A stretch of 64,000 nucleotides of DNA from a bacterium. GTDB lineage: Bacteria; Patescibacteriota; Saccharimonadia; Saccharimonadales; UBA4665. Below the pieces are notes generated by a model. It saw only the letters and a list, made by a program, of their open reading frames with translations. It had not been told where the DNA came from and did not search any database. Both the position numbers and the translations under genes were made by a program. Below are positions 63,534 through 64,000 of this stretch, one piece after another. Within the stretch, counting starts at the first letter, position 1, and every line of letters begins with the position of its first letter. The DNA lies in NCBI GenBank assembly GCA_021804085.1, contig JAJZKM010000002.1:4345-68344 (forward strand), read 5' to 3'.

Positions 63534-64000
63534 AAACAGCTGTCGTAATCTACACCCGTGTCAGTAGCGACAAACAAAAAGATAACATGAGCCTAGGAGA
63601 ACAGGAGCGTATCTGCCGAGATTTTGTAGCCCATCAGAAAGGCGATCTAAAGGTTGACAGGGTTTTCGTCGAAGAGGGCGAAAGTGCCAAGACCGCCGAC
63701 AGGACGAAACTGAAGGAGATGCTTGAATACTGCCGGAAAAACAAAAACACCGTCGGTCATCTGGTAGTATATAAAATCGACAGATTCGCACGATCGGTAC
63801 AGGATCACATGGCGTTACAAATACTGTTAAAGAAGTTAGGTATTGTACTGTGGTCGGCAACTGAGCCAATCGGCGAGACGACTACAGGGAAGCTAATGGA
63901 GCATGTGTTGGCCAGTTTCGCCCAGTTTGACAACGATGTCCGCTCAGAACGCTGCCGGAATGGTATGAGAGCAAGAGCAGAGGAAGGTTGTTGGGTCAGC
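63530..64000 (+). CDS. Serine recombinase (resolvase/large serine integrase type), 3' end outside window
   Basis: Not in the track because the frame is open to the window edge. MKTAVVIYTRVSSDKQKDNMSLGEQ...VYKIDRFARS...LASFAQFDNDVRSERCRNGM shows canonical catalytic motifs including the Ser. Confidence 0.9.
   Translation, partial: MKTAVVIYTRVSSDKQKDNMSLGEQERICRDFVAHQKGDLKVDRVFVEEGESAKTADRTKLKEMLEYCRKNKNTVGHLVVYKIDRFARSVQDHMALQILLKKLGIVLWSATEPIGETTTGKLMEHVLASFAQFDNDVRSERCRNGMRARAEEGCWVS

Noticed and set aside
1-64000. Alternative genetic code (UGA=Gly, code 25) for the whole window
   Set aside because: TGA terminates several well-supported genes at the expected length (tsaE 14237-39, ymdB 17211-13, alr 20336-38). 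Long ORFs are intact under the standard code. Only the Fic gene shows an in-frame TGA.
1-64000. CRISPR arrays, rRNA genes, group II introns, reverse transcriptases
   Set aside because: No regularly spaced direct repeats, no rRNA-like conserved stretches and no RT motifs (YxDD) were seen in any long ORF. Scanning was visual only.

Overview
AT-rich, gene-dense bacterial chromosome segment read with the standard code (TGA, TAG and TAA all end well-supported genes). Streamlined genes with 4-8 nt start/stop overlaps, a secretin-less type IV pilus operon, a half-length TsaB, peptidoglycan genes and many small membrane proteins suggest a Patescibacteria/CPR genome, plausibly Saccharimonadia (TM7). 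That placement is inference only. Bases 1-37.5 kb are core: ruvAB, an 11-gene T4P operon (pilB-pilC-pilA, minor pilins, pilMNO), recA-recX, tsaE-tsaB, rny-ymdB, alr, an SPFH protein, a CPC-type P-type ATPase, an HTH-fused murA, glyA, murB, an envelope-glycopolymer cluster (two PIG-V-like GT-C paralogs, LCP, PAP2), an ABC exporter, a NUDIX protein and six tRNAs that all encode CCA. From tRNA-Arg(CCG) at about 37.5 kb to the window end the content is an accessory mosaic. It holds an intact IS30-family element, a kinase-like pair, a PrsW/zinc-ribbon cluster, VapBC, a Fic gene broken by an in-frame TGA, a type III R-M operon, a membrane-protein/GH25-like pair, a tyrosine recombinase with a repeat-rich site cluster, and two serine-recombinase genes. 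The most unusual signal is a family of repeated intergenic modules (44.4-50.9 kb). Two full copies encode a conserved 33-34 codon sORF missed by the 60-aa ORF track, followed by an even better conserved non-coding site. One copy leads the Fic gene; the other leads an uncharacterised three-gene operon (one soluble and two small membrane proteins) that abuts the R-M system. No rRNA or CRISPR array was seen. All calls rest on by-eye motif recognition; no searches were run.
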